DNA of 64,000 nucleotides, taken from assembly GCF_009914755.1 (NCBI RefSeq), contig NC_060932.1, one strand, 5' to 3'. The DNA comes from the human T2T-CHM13v2.0 reference genome, Homo sapiens. This document shows, one piece after another, positions 14,431-35,029 of the stretch (its first letter is position 1; the number at the start of each line of letters is the position of its first letter). The notes beneath the pieces were generated by a model. It did no database searches. It saw only the letters and a program-made list of their open reading frames with translations, and was not told the DNA's origin. The position numbers and the translations under genes were made by a program.

Positions 14431-15518
14431 CAGTAATGGTAATAACACATCATAATGGTGAAATAGACCCATGATTAGCTGTAAAACATGACTTGTTTGA
14501 AAATTGGCCTCCCTGCTTTCTCTTCCCCACTCAGAGGATACTCACATACAGTGTTTGCAATCCCTCACTTTCACTCACTGCTCTCTCCATGCTGTCTCTC
14601 CCCCTTTTCCCAAGTCATACCAGGGTCAGGGTTACTTGATTTCAGACTTGATGCCAGTTGCCTCCAGGTGTTGGGTGTGACTTCAAGGAATAGAATACTA
14701 AGTGCTTAATGAAATAGGTGCCATTGTCTTCTGGTCTGCCAAAAAAGGAGATGACCATTAATTCTTATTCTGTAAGAATCATGTGGTTTTTCCAAACGGG
14801 TGGTTAAATTTGTTGCCTTATCTTGAATGGGATTATGTGGGGAAAGATAAATGCATCAATGAGGAATCAATGTTTCCAAATATGATGGAGAAGTTTTATA
14901 GTCTGAAAATTTCTCTTTTCCTCTCATAGGTGTACCCATGTGTGGGTGTGTCCATGTGGTGTGCCTGCCTTGCTCCAGAATAAGCCTCCATAGGTTCCCA
15001 TGGCAGTGGACATGTTTGGTAAACTTGTAAGGTAGGCTGGTCTGCATTCTTTTACAAGAAGGGCTTGAGGTGCTTCCTGGGGGAGAACATATCCAGGAAC
15101 AGTAGGGAGAATAGGAACCAGGCCTACCAAGCCTAATCTTACAACCAGCTCTTAGTAGCCACAGAAGGGTGTTGAAGCTGAGTACAGCAGGGTACCAGCC
15201 ACTTCAGTATGTCTTTTGGCCATGCACCCAAACATGCTACGGAGAAGCATGCATGATTCCCTCAGTGAAGCTGAAATGTGGCTTTCCTAGAACTCTGTTG
15301 GCATTAGAGAGCAGGTAGTGCTGCCTTGGAATCTCTGAGGCAGAGGTCGCATGAGACAAGGAGAGAGCTTCCTGAGAGCATTGCCACAGCTGGCAGTGAG
15401 CATGACAGTAAAGTCCCTGAGTGCCCCAGGGGCATCAGCGTGGGTGGTGGGCTTGCCAACAGGTGTCGTGGTGTCTGACAGGCAGGTGGGTCCCCAGTGG
15501 AAGTGGCAGTGCTCTGCT

Positions 15519-15870
15519 GCTGTGGACCGAATGCTTGTGTCCCCCTAACATTCCTGTGTTGAAACCTGACTCCCGAGGTAGTGGTCTTTGAAGGTGTGGC
15601 CTTTGGGATTTGGTTAGGTCCTGAGGGTGGAGCCCTCATAAATGGGATTAGTGCCCTTTTAAAAGACCTTAAGGAGCCCTCTCCTCCCTTCCTGTATGTG
15701 AGCATACCAAGGAAGACAGTCTGTGAGCCAGGAAGCTCACCAGACTCTGAATCTGCCCGGGCTTTGATCTCTGACTTTCAGCCCCCAGAAGTGTGAGAAA
15801 TGAACTTCTTTCTTTTGTTCTTCATAAGCCAACCAGTCCCAACACTTTATTCTAGCAGCCCCAATGGAGG
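15519..15870 (+). mobile_element. MaLR solo LTR (MLT1A-type)
   Basis: tgtggaccgaatgcttgtgtcccc...gagggtggagccctcataaatgggattagtgccctt...ttgatctctgactttcagcc...ataagcca...tagcagccc follows the MLT1A consensus. Confidence 0.8.
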
Positions 15871-18800
15871 GAGGAGGCTGCCCAGGGAGAAATGAAGGCC
15901 TTTCATATCCGTTGGCTCTCAGCAGAAGTAAGAGCAGTGCCCTGTAAGGGGGCAGAGAAGACAGGGTGCACAAGACAGAGAGACTGGAATGGATTAGGAG
16001 GAGGAACACTGCCTGTTCTACATCAACACCCAAAGCTTATCTTCTAGACCATAAAGGACAGCACTGTGGGATTCCCAGAATGATGTTGCAGTTGCTGGGC
16101 CCTGCATTAGTGGGAAGGGAACACAGCCATCGCCTGCACATGAGCAAAGGAGAAACAGATTGGGATCGCTGGCCTAAGGGTGCTGGTGTGAACTCCCAGT
16201 CCTTGCCCTGCATGGCACCACTGCCTCTCTCTAGGCTGGAGATCTGAGTCATCAACACACCTATCTGAATATGAAATTTAAAATCCTTTAGAACAGCAGA
16301 CTGTGATGCTTCCCAGGGTGATGCAGAGAAGCAAAGTCTAAATTATGACATGTGTAGGATGGACTCCCTCATTTAGATCTTGATGAACCAATTGCTGAGC
16401 TATATCCAAAAGCAAACCTGTCAGAGCTCTGGGAATACAAGGCTTGGGAGTGCTTCCCAGGTCCTACAAGTGCTGTTGCTTTTTCTGCTCCACAGACACT
16501 GGCCACTTGCATATAAAACTTGGTTACACCATTTGCAAACCTAATCCTTGATAAAGATCCCTGAAAAAAGATGGAGAACCTGGCCTTGAAGAACTTTGTG
16601 GCTATTTGGACTCACCACAAAATCCAAATTTTTCCCGGGATAGAAATATTTGTATGTTGTGCTTTATCAAAGGAGGCATTTTCTTAAATGATACCATGGC
16701 TATTTAAAAAGAAACACACACGTGCACACACTCCACAGGTAGAAAGATCTTTTCTAAAAGTGCTTTTGGGCCTTGCATTTAAAAATGAAAGTCCTATCTT
16801 AAGGCCAGAATGATAACGGGAAAGAAATATTGCACTTATTTGTCCCCTTCAAACCTACTGCTGTCCTTGGATATGAGCCTTTGCTGGCACTAGGAATGTG
16901 CCCTCATTGCTCAATTGTCAGGTGAGTGGGCAGTCCAGGTGAGCCAGTAAGAGAGGAGTATTCGAATCTAACACTGAAGTTATTGACATAACACTTGCCA
17001 GCACTTAGAGGTGATTGGCTGCTTGCGGAGGCACAAATCCTTTTAAGAGCTGGGTTGATGGGTCCCTTTGTCATTGTGACTTTTTAGACAGGCTTTCTTC
17101 TTCCCCACCCTGCTTCCCCAGCAGCGTTATATAGACCCAAACTCTACTGAGTGGGTGGAATTCATCATTGTACTTTTAAAGAGAAGGTGGAAGATACTGT
17201 GAAATCATTTGCAAGTGATAATGAATGGAAGTTAATGGCATGCAAATCATCCTGAACCTCCCAGCTCTCTTGAATCTTTGGGATTGATTGCAGTACCTCA
17301 ATGATGAGTGAGTGATGAGCTAGAGTCGGTAATTGCACTCCAGGAAAGTGGAAAGGGAATCTGAGTCTTAAGAGAAAACTGAGATGGAATGAAGTCATAG
17401 AACATTAGAGTGAGGGAGGGCCTTGGCGATCTAGTGTAACACTCCCTCCCATTTTTTACTTTTGCCTGAGAGGGCAAGAAGAGGCTTGTGCAAGGATGTG
17501 AATCTTCCTAGCATCATAGAGGATTACAACTGTAATGTGCAAACTTCTAGCAGAGCGCCATAGCAGGTAGCCCCCAAAAGGTACCCTGCAGAGGCAGTCT
17601 TTTATTTGAAAATGTAATTGATCAGCTCCTGCAAATTATCCTTGAAGGCCTTTAAAGAGAAAGAATAGTACTCTATTTAAAAACTCAAGTGCAATTCTGT
17701 ATCTTGACCTGCTTAGTCCTTTCCCACCCCATAAAGTAGTACAGTTTAATATCTAAGGGGTTATTCCTTGTGGGCCATCTACCTTGCGTGTTTCATTTTC
17801 ATTTTCATTATTATGCTTCTGCACCCTGTGCAGAAAACAGAAGGTACAAGATATTGTGGCTTCAATAATTTTAGACCAAAATGCAAAGTAGGACTTTTAA
17901 CCCACACAACTCCAAGTGGCTATATCATAAGGAAGAACTTATGGTGGAAAGGATGAATGTGTACACCTTGATCTTCCTGACTCCCAGTGTGTGGTTTTCT
18001 TTCTATTCAAGTCAAGAGTGGATTTCCCTTAGCTAGAAGCTACAATTGAGTAAGATTTTGTTGGCCTAGTGAGTAGATACTTTGAATTTTATACCGCAAC
18101 TATATGGGTACAATGGTGTTCTCAAAATTGGGTTGCAAGTTCTTTAGTCCCTGATATCTACCCCAAAGCCATCAAATGAACCCAAGTCCTGCTAGGAATG
18201 GTGAGGTTGAGCCCCCACTTGAGACACTCCTGTGGGGACTCTAGGGATAGCACTGTCAGGCACAAGGCAACAATCCTCACTCCACCACATACCACAAAAA
18301 TGTCTCTTATTTCTCTAGGTGACAAGGAAAATTGATCAAGTTACGTTAAGAGGAAAAAAGGCATTCCAGGCCACCATATCCTTAGTCACGTAGGCTACTA
18401 CCAGGTCACTTCTATAGAGGGAGAATGCCGAGCCAATTTGTCTGCATCATTTCTATGGCATGAATCAAAGTTGTATTTGTGTCCATCAGAATAGAGACTT
18501 TATGCTGGAGGAAAATCACCCATGAGCCCCAGGGAAGGCAGTGATTTGACACAATGATGTTGAAAGTCAAGAGTGCTCAGCATGAAATGCCCCAGCGATG
18601 ACAGCAGGATTAACCATCAGTGTGAAGACAGAATGGGTGTGCCTGTTGATGAAAGGCGCTTGGACACAGAGGCAGCCCTTCCCTGGCTCTTCTGAGGATG
18701 TCTGCTGGATGGAGAACAGTCAGAACACCTATGGATCTGAAGCTTAACCAAAGTGGAGATTGAGCAGCTGTGGGAAGTCATAAGTAAATCACATTTACAA

Positions 18801-19839
18801 CTCAGCTGGTTGTACAGATGCAGTTTGGAAAATTTGGAAGCTGGTTTTATATATTGTATCATTCTCTTTTGAGAAAAGTTGGATATTTCTGCTTGGAGTG
18901 TGTCAATGGATTCCAAAGTGAATTTGAAAAAAAAAATCTAGAAATGATAGGAAGTGGTATGCTCTTCATCACCATCATCATTTTCTTATGAGAGCACTTA
19001 AATGTATATATTTTGAAGAAATTTCAGTAGATACACCCACAGTCATTTCAGGTTGATGAACCATGCTCTTGAAGCCTCAGCGCAATTGCCAGAGCACTAA
19101 GATGGAGAAACAATAGACGTTTTCTTTGGAAAGAACAATTAAAGGTGATTGATCACAAATTCTTTGTCTTACACGCAGCTTATGTTTTCTTAAGCTGTGT
19201 CAGCCTGGAGATTAAAAGAAGGTTCAATTAAAAACACAGAAGAGTAGCTGTCTGTCTTTGTCCCTATAGCTTTGCAGAAGGCCTCCTTCTCAGGCTCTCC
19301 CCATCCTTCCCAGAGTCCTGGGTGGGGGCTTGGGGTCTCTCACGGCCTATCCATCTTGGTGGCACTGTTATTGTCTTTTTCCTCCTTTCCTGGCCCCAAG
19401 CCAGGCCTCTGGTAGTCACCATTGCTGCCAAACATGCTGTGCAAGTTGCCAAAGCCATTGCAAAGCTTGTATGATGTTCTTGAAGGGTGGTGTTCCTTCT
19501 GGCTTCTTTTCCTGTGTACATGCAGACCCATTTTGCTTAGACTCTAGTGTCCATGCTCCCATGGGCTCCAATCCTCTGCAGGTAGAGAACATCTCACTGC
19601 CAGATATGTCTTCTTCTCTTCCACATGGATTGCTGAGCACAACAGCCATAAGGCCTCACTACCTTTACCCAGCCCTATGCTGTATAAATTTGTTTTAATC
19701 CCCCACCCTAGGGTCTGGAAATCAGGCCACGGGGCCCAAGAAGAAAATATTAATACGAATGACAGATACTGTGCTCAATGCAAAATAACCTTTCTTCTTT
19801 GACACTGAAGCACTTGTCTTCAGATCTGTGCCCTTGGAT

Positions 19840-20182
19840 TACCATCATATTCACTTAGCGATGGGGATATATTCTGAGAAATTTGTTGTGCAATTTAGTT
19901 GTGTGAACATCAGGGTGTATTTACACAAACCAAGATATCAAGCCTACCACACTCCTAAGCTATATGATATGGCCTATTTCTCCTAGGTGACACACCTGTA
20001 CAGCATGCTATTGTACTAAAAACTGTAAGCAATTATAAAATAATGGTATTTGTGTATCTAAACATAGAAAAAGTACAGTACAGTAAAAATACAGAATCAT
20101 AATCTTATGGTATCACCATTGTATGCATGTTCCATTGTTGACTCAAACCTCCAAAACATTGTTTATGTGATACATGACTGTA
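19840..20182. mobile_element. Tigger3a (MER7/Golem) non-autonomous DNA transposon
   Basis: ttagcgatggggatatattctgagaaat...tacacaaac...gcctaccacactcctaagctatatg...cataatcttatgg...catgactgTA (TIR end plus TA). Confidence 0.8.
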
Positions 20183-20344
20183 TTTTCCTTGAAGGCCTCC
20201 TGGTCTTTTATGCAAATAGACACCTGATAGGTGATCTCTCCCCTGCCCTGCAGACATCTCCTGATTGTTGAATGCCAGGATGAACACAACCTAGGTCCTT
20301 GAACTGAAAATCTTATTACATACAGATTAAGAAATTAAGAACTA

Positions 20345-20470
20345 GGCCAGGTATGGTAGCTCACGCCTGTAATCCCAGCACTTTGGGAGGCCTAGGTGGG
20401 TGGATCATGATGTCAAGAGGTAGAGACCATCCTGGCCAACATGGTGAAACCCCATCTCTACTAAGAAATA
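20345..20470 (+). mobile_element. Alu left monomer only (AluSc-like)
   Basis: GGCCAGGTATGGTAGCTCACGCC...GTCAAGAG...GAGACCATCCTGGCCAACATGG...CTCTACTAA, ending at the linker. Confidence 0.85.
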
Positions 20471-20867
20471 AAATGGCTTATTTGAAATCCTATGTGTGCT
20501 TGGTGACAGAGTAGCACCTGGGAGAGCAGACCCTTCCTCTGCCACACTCAGTCTATCACCATGGATGCTTCTGTTCCCTTCAGCTCTGTGCTTTGTGTCA
20601 CTTAAAAGCTATGGAGCATTTCCCCCTTCATTTGGTCAATACCAAACATTCTGAAAGGGAATACAGTCACCCACATGGCAATGTGGGCATAATGTAGAGG
20701 ACACTGCTCGTAATTTCTCCCAGCCAGAGACATTATAGATTTGTATAGCTCTGGAAAGGGTAGAAGAACCTTGATGACAGAGAATGAAATAGCGCAAATG
20801 GGTAAAGGTGGGCTGTACATTGTTTTAGGAGGAAGTGATTCTTCAGGTTGCAAAGATTTCATGTGCT

Positions 20868-21062
20868 ACCTATCTATCAATCATCTAACATCTAACTATC
20901 ACCAATCAATCTATCATCAATCTATCATTAACCTGTCACCTATCTATCAGTCATCTATCATCAGTCAACCACCAATCTATCAACAAATCACCTATCAACA
21001 AATCATCTGTCATCAATCAATCATCTATTTATCATGATCTACCTGTCAATCATCATTTATCA
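20868..21062. repeat. Degenerate (ATCT/ATCA)n simple repeat
   Basis: Runs of ctatc/atcaatc/tcatc. Confidence 0.8.
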
Positions 21063-21099
21063 CATGTCCTCAGAAATGTACATATAGATATATATATTT

Positions 21100-21880
21100 C
21101 TTTTTCTTAAATAAACACTTATTGAGTGCCTACCTTGAGCCAAGAATTGTACTGACTATATTTATGAATCTTATTTAAATCTCTTAACAACTCCCTGAGA
21201 CAGGTATAATTTATTATTTTACAGTGGATGATGTTGAGACCTAGAATTTATACAATGGTAGTTGTTCTAACTCTAAGTTTACTGGTTTTTTAAAACTGGA
21301 TCTTAGCAGAACAACCAGTTATCGACTTCCAATTTTTTCTGAATCAGAAAATAACAGCCATTATTCAGATGGCGGAAATTGTGTGTGTTTGGTTAAGAAT
21401 ATAATAAAGAATAACATGATGTAGTCTAAGTGCCCATTACATTATACAGCTTTAGAGATCTGTAATGATAGCAGACTTTGAAGTTCTATAGGTCTGGATT
21501 TAAATAATGACCGGTATTACTAGCTCAGTGACCTCAGCTTCTTTATTGAATTCCCATTTACTGACTGGTAAATGGGAATGTTGATGATTGTCTTGCAGAG
21601 ATGTTGTAAGTATGCAAGATAATGCATGTAAAGTTATAAATAGAGTGCCCAGCACATATAGAAATAATGAAAAGAACTGCCCTTTATTAAGTGCTTACTA
21701 TGTGCTAGATACTCTATTAAGCAATTTAGCAGATTTTATTTAATCCTCTCCCAATCCTTTAATTCAGTCCTGATAAAATCACTGTTTTGCATATGGGCTG
21801 CCCAAGTTAACAGCCCATAGCTATTACAGACAAGAGGTGAATACAGTTAGTCTGACGCCAGAACCCATGCTCTTATCTGG
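21100..21880. mobile_element. Cluster of MIR relics in both orientations
   Basis: cacttattgagtgcctacc...ttttacagtggatg (-); tactagctcagtgacctc...gataatgcatgtaaag...agtgcccagcacata (+); tattaagtgcttactatgtgctag (-). Confidence 0.55.
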
Positions 21881-22739
21881 TATGACCTCGTGCTTCTCCC
21901 ACAAGACCTGCTGCAGAGGAATGGAATTAATGCTCTTATTGTTCGAAATCACATAACACAACTCCCTTTCATTTTTTTTTTTGGTTATAAGAACATTTTA
22001 AAAGGAACTAGATTGACCTGTAGATCAGACCTATAGAACTGATTTAATATCCAGCAACAGCAGTTTTATTTCAGAAACATGATTATTGACCTTTTAATGC
22101 CATGATTCTAGGGTGACCGTAAGTTTTGTTTTGTCTTGTTTTTCTTTGTTTTTAAGCACCTTAAAACAAGTTGAGATAGAAGTAATCCTAAGACTTCTTT
22201 TACATAAGATCTTGCCTCTGTCCTTACTGCTGTTAGTTCTCAGGGTGGTGTTATTTATTACTGCAAAAGTGGGCATTGGATCTGAGCCAAGATAAGCCAT
22301 TGAGACCTCTGTCACTCTCCTGCCAAAATTTAATAATAACAGTAGATCCCTGTTACGGCATGACTCATCTGCAGATCTGGATATATTGCTGGTCAACTAA
22401 GTCTTCCAAACATAACAAGGACACCTGCCAAAACCTCAAATAATGTGATTAGTCTGTGATACAGGTATTAGTCCTATTTCTTGGGACTTGACTTATAAAG
22501 TATGAAGGTGTAATAATTCTGAGTATATTGCTTGGATAGACTTTGCTGCACTATAATGATTTAAAAAATACACTGAAGAGGATATGACTAAGTAAATAAG
22601 GCAGGGGGAAAGGAGTTGATTTAATTTCCCCCTTACTCTTACTTTCAAGCATGGTGACTGGAACTTAGACATTCTATACAGGGAGAAGTGAGGGGTTGTG
22701 AAAAACGATGTATATACTAGTTCATTATTTATTCCACAG

Positions 22740-23230
22740 ATATTTTATTAGTTGTCCAGTATATACAAGATGATGTTCAGGATGCTGGGGAAATGATAGC
22801 AAAACAGACCCCTGATCTCATGGAGCTTGCAATTTAGAGGGGAGAAGGGTATTGATTGCCTCAAAAATGTGAACCACAAATTGTAGCAACTGTAGAGGCT
22901 GAGCGACGCTACAAAAGTACTTAACAGGAAAAGAATCCTTTTCTGGAGAGTCAAGATCCTGTTCTGATGAAGTGATGCTCAACTGAGTTCAGAAAGTTGG
23001 GTAGGTATTTGCTACCTGAAAGGAGGAAAGGGCTGGGAAGCATTGTAAGTAGAAGAAATAATGAAAGCACAGAGCCTGGGGAACATGCAGGAACTAAGAG
23101 GCCCTGTGTTAGAATGGGGGCCATGGGAAAAGTGTGGCCAAAGGAAACCCAGGAGGTGAGGCTGAGTCTCGCAGGCTACTGCTGGCCATGTTGAGGGTAT
23201 TTTCTTTATTACAAGATTAACAAAAAAAAA
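22740..23230 (-). mobile_element. L2 3' relic
   Basis: aaaacagacccctgatctcatggagcttgcaatttag...gaagtgatgctcaactgagttcagaa, typical of L2. Confidence 0.55.
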
Positions 23231-23599
23231 AATGGAGAAATCATATGTGTGAATATGTACATTGACATTTTGTTAAAAGTGTAAAATACTCTTGTATTTA
23301 GAAATAAGCCACTTTTTCAACAGTCTAGCTTGATTAAACAAAAAGTAAAACTCTTCATCCTTGTTCTCCTTCCTTGTTGCATTCTTCGGAACATCAGTGT
23401 TTGTCATTTCCCCATATTTATCTGTATTGTTGAGGGTGAGCTCCATGAATTCCAGTCACGTTTCTTGGTTTGTAATGCGAGGCAGTGTCTGCTAGCTCCC
23501 CACCATGAAAACTGGACTGAAAGTGGGGAGGTTCTCTCCTCTCTCCTTCCCCAACCTATTTGTGGTTTTGCATTAAAAATTTTAATTCTGTCAGGTTAT

Positions 23600-23900
23600 T
23601 TTACTAGTTAGAAACTTAACTATATCTTTGATTTCTGTAGCTTTGCAGTAAGACTTAATATCAGGTAAAGTGATTCCTTCCACTTTATTCTTCTTTTCAA
23701 GATTGTTTAAGCTATCCCAGGGCCTTTCCCTAGGAATCTTAGAAGGAAGCTTTTCTATGCCTATCAAAAATATTGCTGGGATTTTCATAGGAATTGCATT
23801 AAATCTATAAATTAATTTAAAGTCTATTGACATTTTTGCTAAGTTTAGACTTCTGATCTCTGAATAGGGCATGTAGCTCTGTTTATTCAGATCTTCTCTT
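23600..23900 (-). mobile_element. Old L1M ORF2 fragment
   Basis: Minus [16 protein letters not shown]...NKVEGITLPDIKSYCKAT resembles L1 ORF2. Confidence 0.75.
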
Positions 23901-23984
23901 ATTTGCCTTGACCCTGCTAATTAGGCATATTAATATAGTTTTATGAAATTATTCTTATTCACATTTACCTATTTACCATTATTT

Positions 23985-24405
23985 TTGTGGTAATAATGAT
24001 AACCCAAATGAAAACAAACCAAGGCTGTCTATTTGGAGCTTGCTAAAGCAAGGAAGACAGCTACCATCACTGAAGATCTGCAGGTCTTCAAAGGTAATCA
24101 GGGGAGTGGGAAAGTTTTACTGAAAAGGAGGGAAGACTTCAGGTATTTCTGATTAGAAGTTGTTTGTTATGGGGAAGCTGGAGTGAGCTAAATAGAAGCT
24201 AAATATCTTTCATAATTGGTTTGGGAAGCATATTTAACTTTCTCTATCTGTCCTGAGTTGGAAATGAGGGTAGGAGCCTGGGAGAGGTGGGCCAATTCCT
24301 ATAGAGGTGGTTTGGTTTCTAGAGCTGGTTAATGCAGAAATTTGGGGTTAGAGTTCTACAGGCATGCACGGTCTAGCCATGGTCAGTGTGTATATTTAGT
24401 CTCTT
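23985..24405 (-). mobile_element. ERV1-class solo LTR (MER31-like)
   Basis: aaaccaaggctgtctatttggagcttgctaaagcaagg...ggagtgggaaagtttt...ctgattagaag resembles recalled MER31; family assignment tentative. Confidence 0.4.
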
Positions 24406-24559
24406 TTGTTCTCTATTCTTTCTTGCATCTTAGAAATTTCTTGCAGAATCATTTTTGTTTTCTTCTTAAAGAATATTCTTTTCTGATTCATTTTCTAAAG
24501 CTCTCTTGGTAATAAAAAACTTATTTTTCTGTCTGAAAAATGTTGTTTCGTTCAATTTC

Positions 24560-25810
24560 ATGAAAGAATATGCATTATTTCCTTTTGCTTCTGTGTTGAA
24601 TTTGCTCTTTTTTTGGTTTCTTAAATTAGAAACTTATATCATTGATTTAAAGTCTTTCTTTTCTTCCAATATAAGCATTTAGTACTTTAAATTTACCAAT
24701 TGGGACTGTTGTAGCTGCATCTTTACATATTTTGAAATGTTGCATATTCACTGTTATTCAGTTCAAAATGTTTTCAATTTACCTTGTGATTTCTTCTGTA
24801 ACTCATTGACTATCATTGGGTTGTTTATTTTCAAAATATTTGGGAGTTTTCAGATATATTTCACTTACTAATTTCTAGTTTAATTTTTGGGGGTCAGGTT
24901 TCAAACACCTGTAATAGTTTATCTTTGTGAAAGTGTCATATGCCCTTGGAAAGAATTTGTCTTCTGCTATTGTTGGCCAGCGTGTTCTATAAATGCCGAG
25001 TAAGTCAATGACTTGATTGCATTGTTCAAGTCTATACATCCTCACTGAATTTCCACTGTTTTTTTATCAATTACTGAAACAAGAGTGTTGAAATCCTCAC
25101 TGATAGTTGTGAATTTATGTCTTTCACCCCTCACTGCTGCCACTTTTTTCTTCACCTATTTGGGACCGCTATTACATGTGCGAACCTTTAGTGTTGTTAC
25201 ATGCTTATTGTGATTGATGTCTTTATTGTATTGCCTCTTTTTATCTTTTTTTTTTGGATGGGTATTTGCCAAATCTTTTTGCATCCTTTTCTTTTAACTA
25301 TATGTGTCTTTATATTTAAAAACGTTGAGCGGTTTCTTGCATTCTTATTCAAAATGACAATATCTACCTTTTAAGTTAGATTTGTAGACCTTACACATTT
25401 AGCACATCTTGGGTTTGTGATTTGAATTTTAATATGCCAGATTGCTACTTGCTTTCTACTCCTGTCATTTGTTCAATTGTCATAATTTTACTTCTACATA
25501 TGCTACAAACTCCATAGTATAATAGTCAATTATATCCTAAGGAGATGAAAAGTGACATAAAAATGTCATTTATATTTACTCCCGTATTATACTTTCTTTT
25601 CATCTGCCATCATTTCCTTTCTGCTTATGGAACTTCCTTTAATATGTTTTTGCACTGCAGGTGTGCTAGCAATGAAACTTATTTTTTTCAGATTTTGTTT
25701 CCTGAAAAAGTCCTTATTTCATCTACTTTTTAAAATGACATTTGTGCTGTGCAAGGAATTCTATGTTGAGAAGTTTTTTATCTTCGGTACCTTAAAATGT
25801 CTTTGTTTTT
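24560..25810 (-). mobile_element. Old L1M fragments
   Basis: T-rich antisense L1 signatures (gtgttgaaatcctcactgatagttgtgaattt; ttcaaaatgacaatatctaccttttaa). Confidence 0.55.
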
Positions 25811-26717
25811 AATAGTTAAAAAGAAATAAAAATCTATACAGTTGTTATTCTCATTTTTTAATATATCAAGCTAATCCTATTAACTAATGTAACAGATAGA
25901 TTATTGAACAATGAACCAAGCAATTTAATTAGATAAAAAGAGGGATGAAGAAAGGAGAAAGCTAATGGAAGAGGGAACTCACAGAATTCCATAACAGGAA
26001 GGCTTGTAATATTTAAGAACAGATACAGGGAATTAGATGAGTAAGCAATTCAATAGAATGAAGGGATATAATCAGATAATAGGAAGCTGGACTGATTCTG
26101 GAGGTAAGGCAGTTCTGAGCACGCAAGGCATCAGCCCCTCAGTTGACTGGCGTGGGAGCCTACATTGACCCGAGAGGCCAGGGCGTGGGTGTATCTCACA
26201 TGGACACTAGGAAATTCAAGATGAGAATGACACTTCAGGGAAAGAGGAAAGTTGCAGGTCAGATCCTAAGGTTCTTGCAAAATAACAGCCACACAGAGGT
26301 CATTATCCACAATTATGGAGGGTACTAGAAGGGTATGGTTGTTGTAGTTATGTTATACCCCTGTTCTCCTTTCCTTTTGTTCAGAAAATATACATAAATG
26401 AAAAGACTTTTGAAAAATGTCCGTAAGCCACTGGCAGGACCCTAAAAAAGGGAGAATTGTTGAGGTTGATCTCTTAATGTCAACTTTGAATGACTTCTAT
26501 TTGAATTTTCTCTGAACTTGCAAAAGGAAGGATTGAAGGCGAACACTTTTCATTTTGAAAATAAAGAACCATAGAATTTATTTCATTCATAGTAAAGTAG
26601 AATATTGTGTGTGTATATATTACATATGTATGTATATATGTACATGTATATACACATATATGTTGCATGTATACACACACACACATGAACACACACACCT
26701 TTGTATATGAGTTTATG

Positions 26718-26797
26718 TTAGTTTGGTGCAAAAGTAATTGCGATTTTTGCCCTTAATTTCAATGGCAAAAACTGCAATTACTTTTGCACCAATCTAA
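26718..26797. mobile_element. MADE1 MITE (Hsmar1 mariner-derived, 80-bp near-palindrome)
   Basis: TTAGTTTGGTGCAAAAGTAATTGCGATTTTTGCC...GGCAAAAACTGCAATTACTTTTGCACCAATCTAA with TA on the right flank; 80 bp. Confidence 0.93.
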
Positions 26798-26951
26798 TAA
26801 ATGTACCAAGACATGTGGCAGAAGCACTCATATGTTACTATAGCTGTTTTCTTTGCTTAGACTTTGAGATTTTATAATAAGCACGATTAAAAAATTAAAT
26901 AAATCTTGGACATTTTTAAAAACAAAAATAAAATGGACATATAAATTATAT

Positions 26952-34669
<7,718 letters not shown>

Positions 34670-34694
34670 ATGAATTATATTTTAATTGACACAT

Positions 34695-34935
34695 GTGGTG
34701 GACAATTTATGGTGGACCCAATGACCTCACACCTTGGAGTTCATGTCCTCTGCAGTCTCCTTCCCTAGAGTGTGGGTACAGCCTGATGGTCCCTAGCCAA
34801 TAGAATATGGCCAAGGTGATAGGTTGTCACTTTCAATGATTATGATAGTACATGGGACTCCATCTTACTAGAGGACCCATTCTAGAGACTCTCTCCTTCA
34901 CTGGCTTTGAGGAAGTAAGTGGCCTGGTTGGCCAC
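34695..34935 (+). mobile_element. MaLR LTR fragment (MLT1E/F/G-type)
   Basis: tgtggtggac...ccttccctagagtgtggg...tagccaatagaatatggccaaggtgatagg...ctggctttgaggaagtaagt. Confidence 0.6.
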
Positions 34936-35029
34936 AGGTGTCAAGGTGCCAAAGTGGCACACAGGTGCCAAGCCTGTGTGGCAAACATTATTCAAGTTTC
35001 TGTCTCTGTAAATTTTCCTTTCATGAGTC

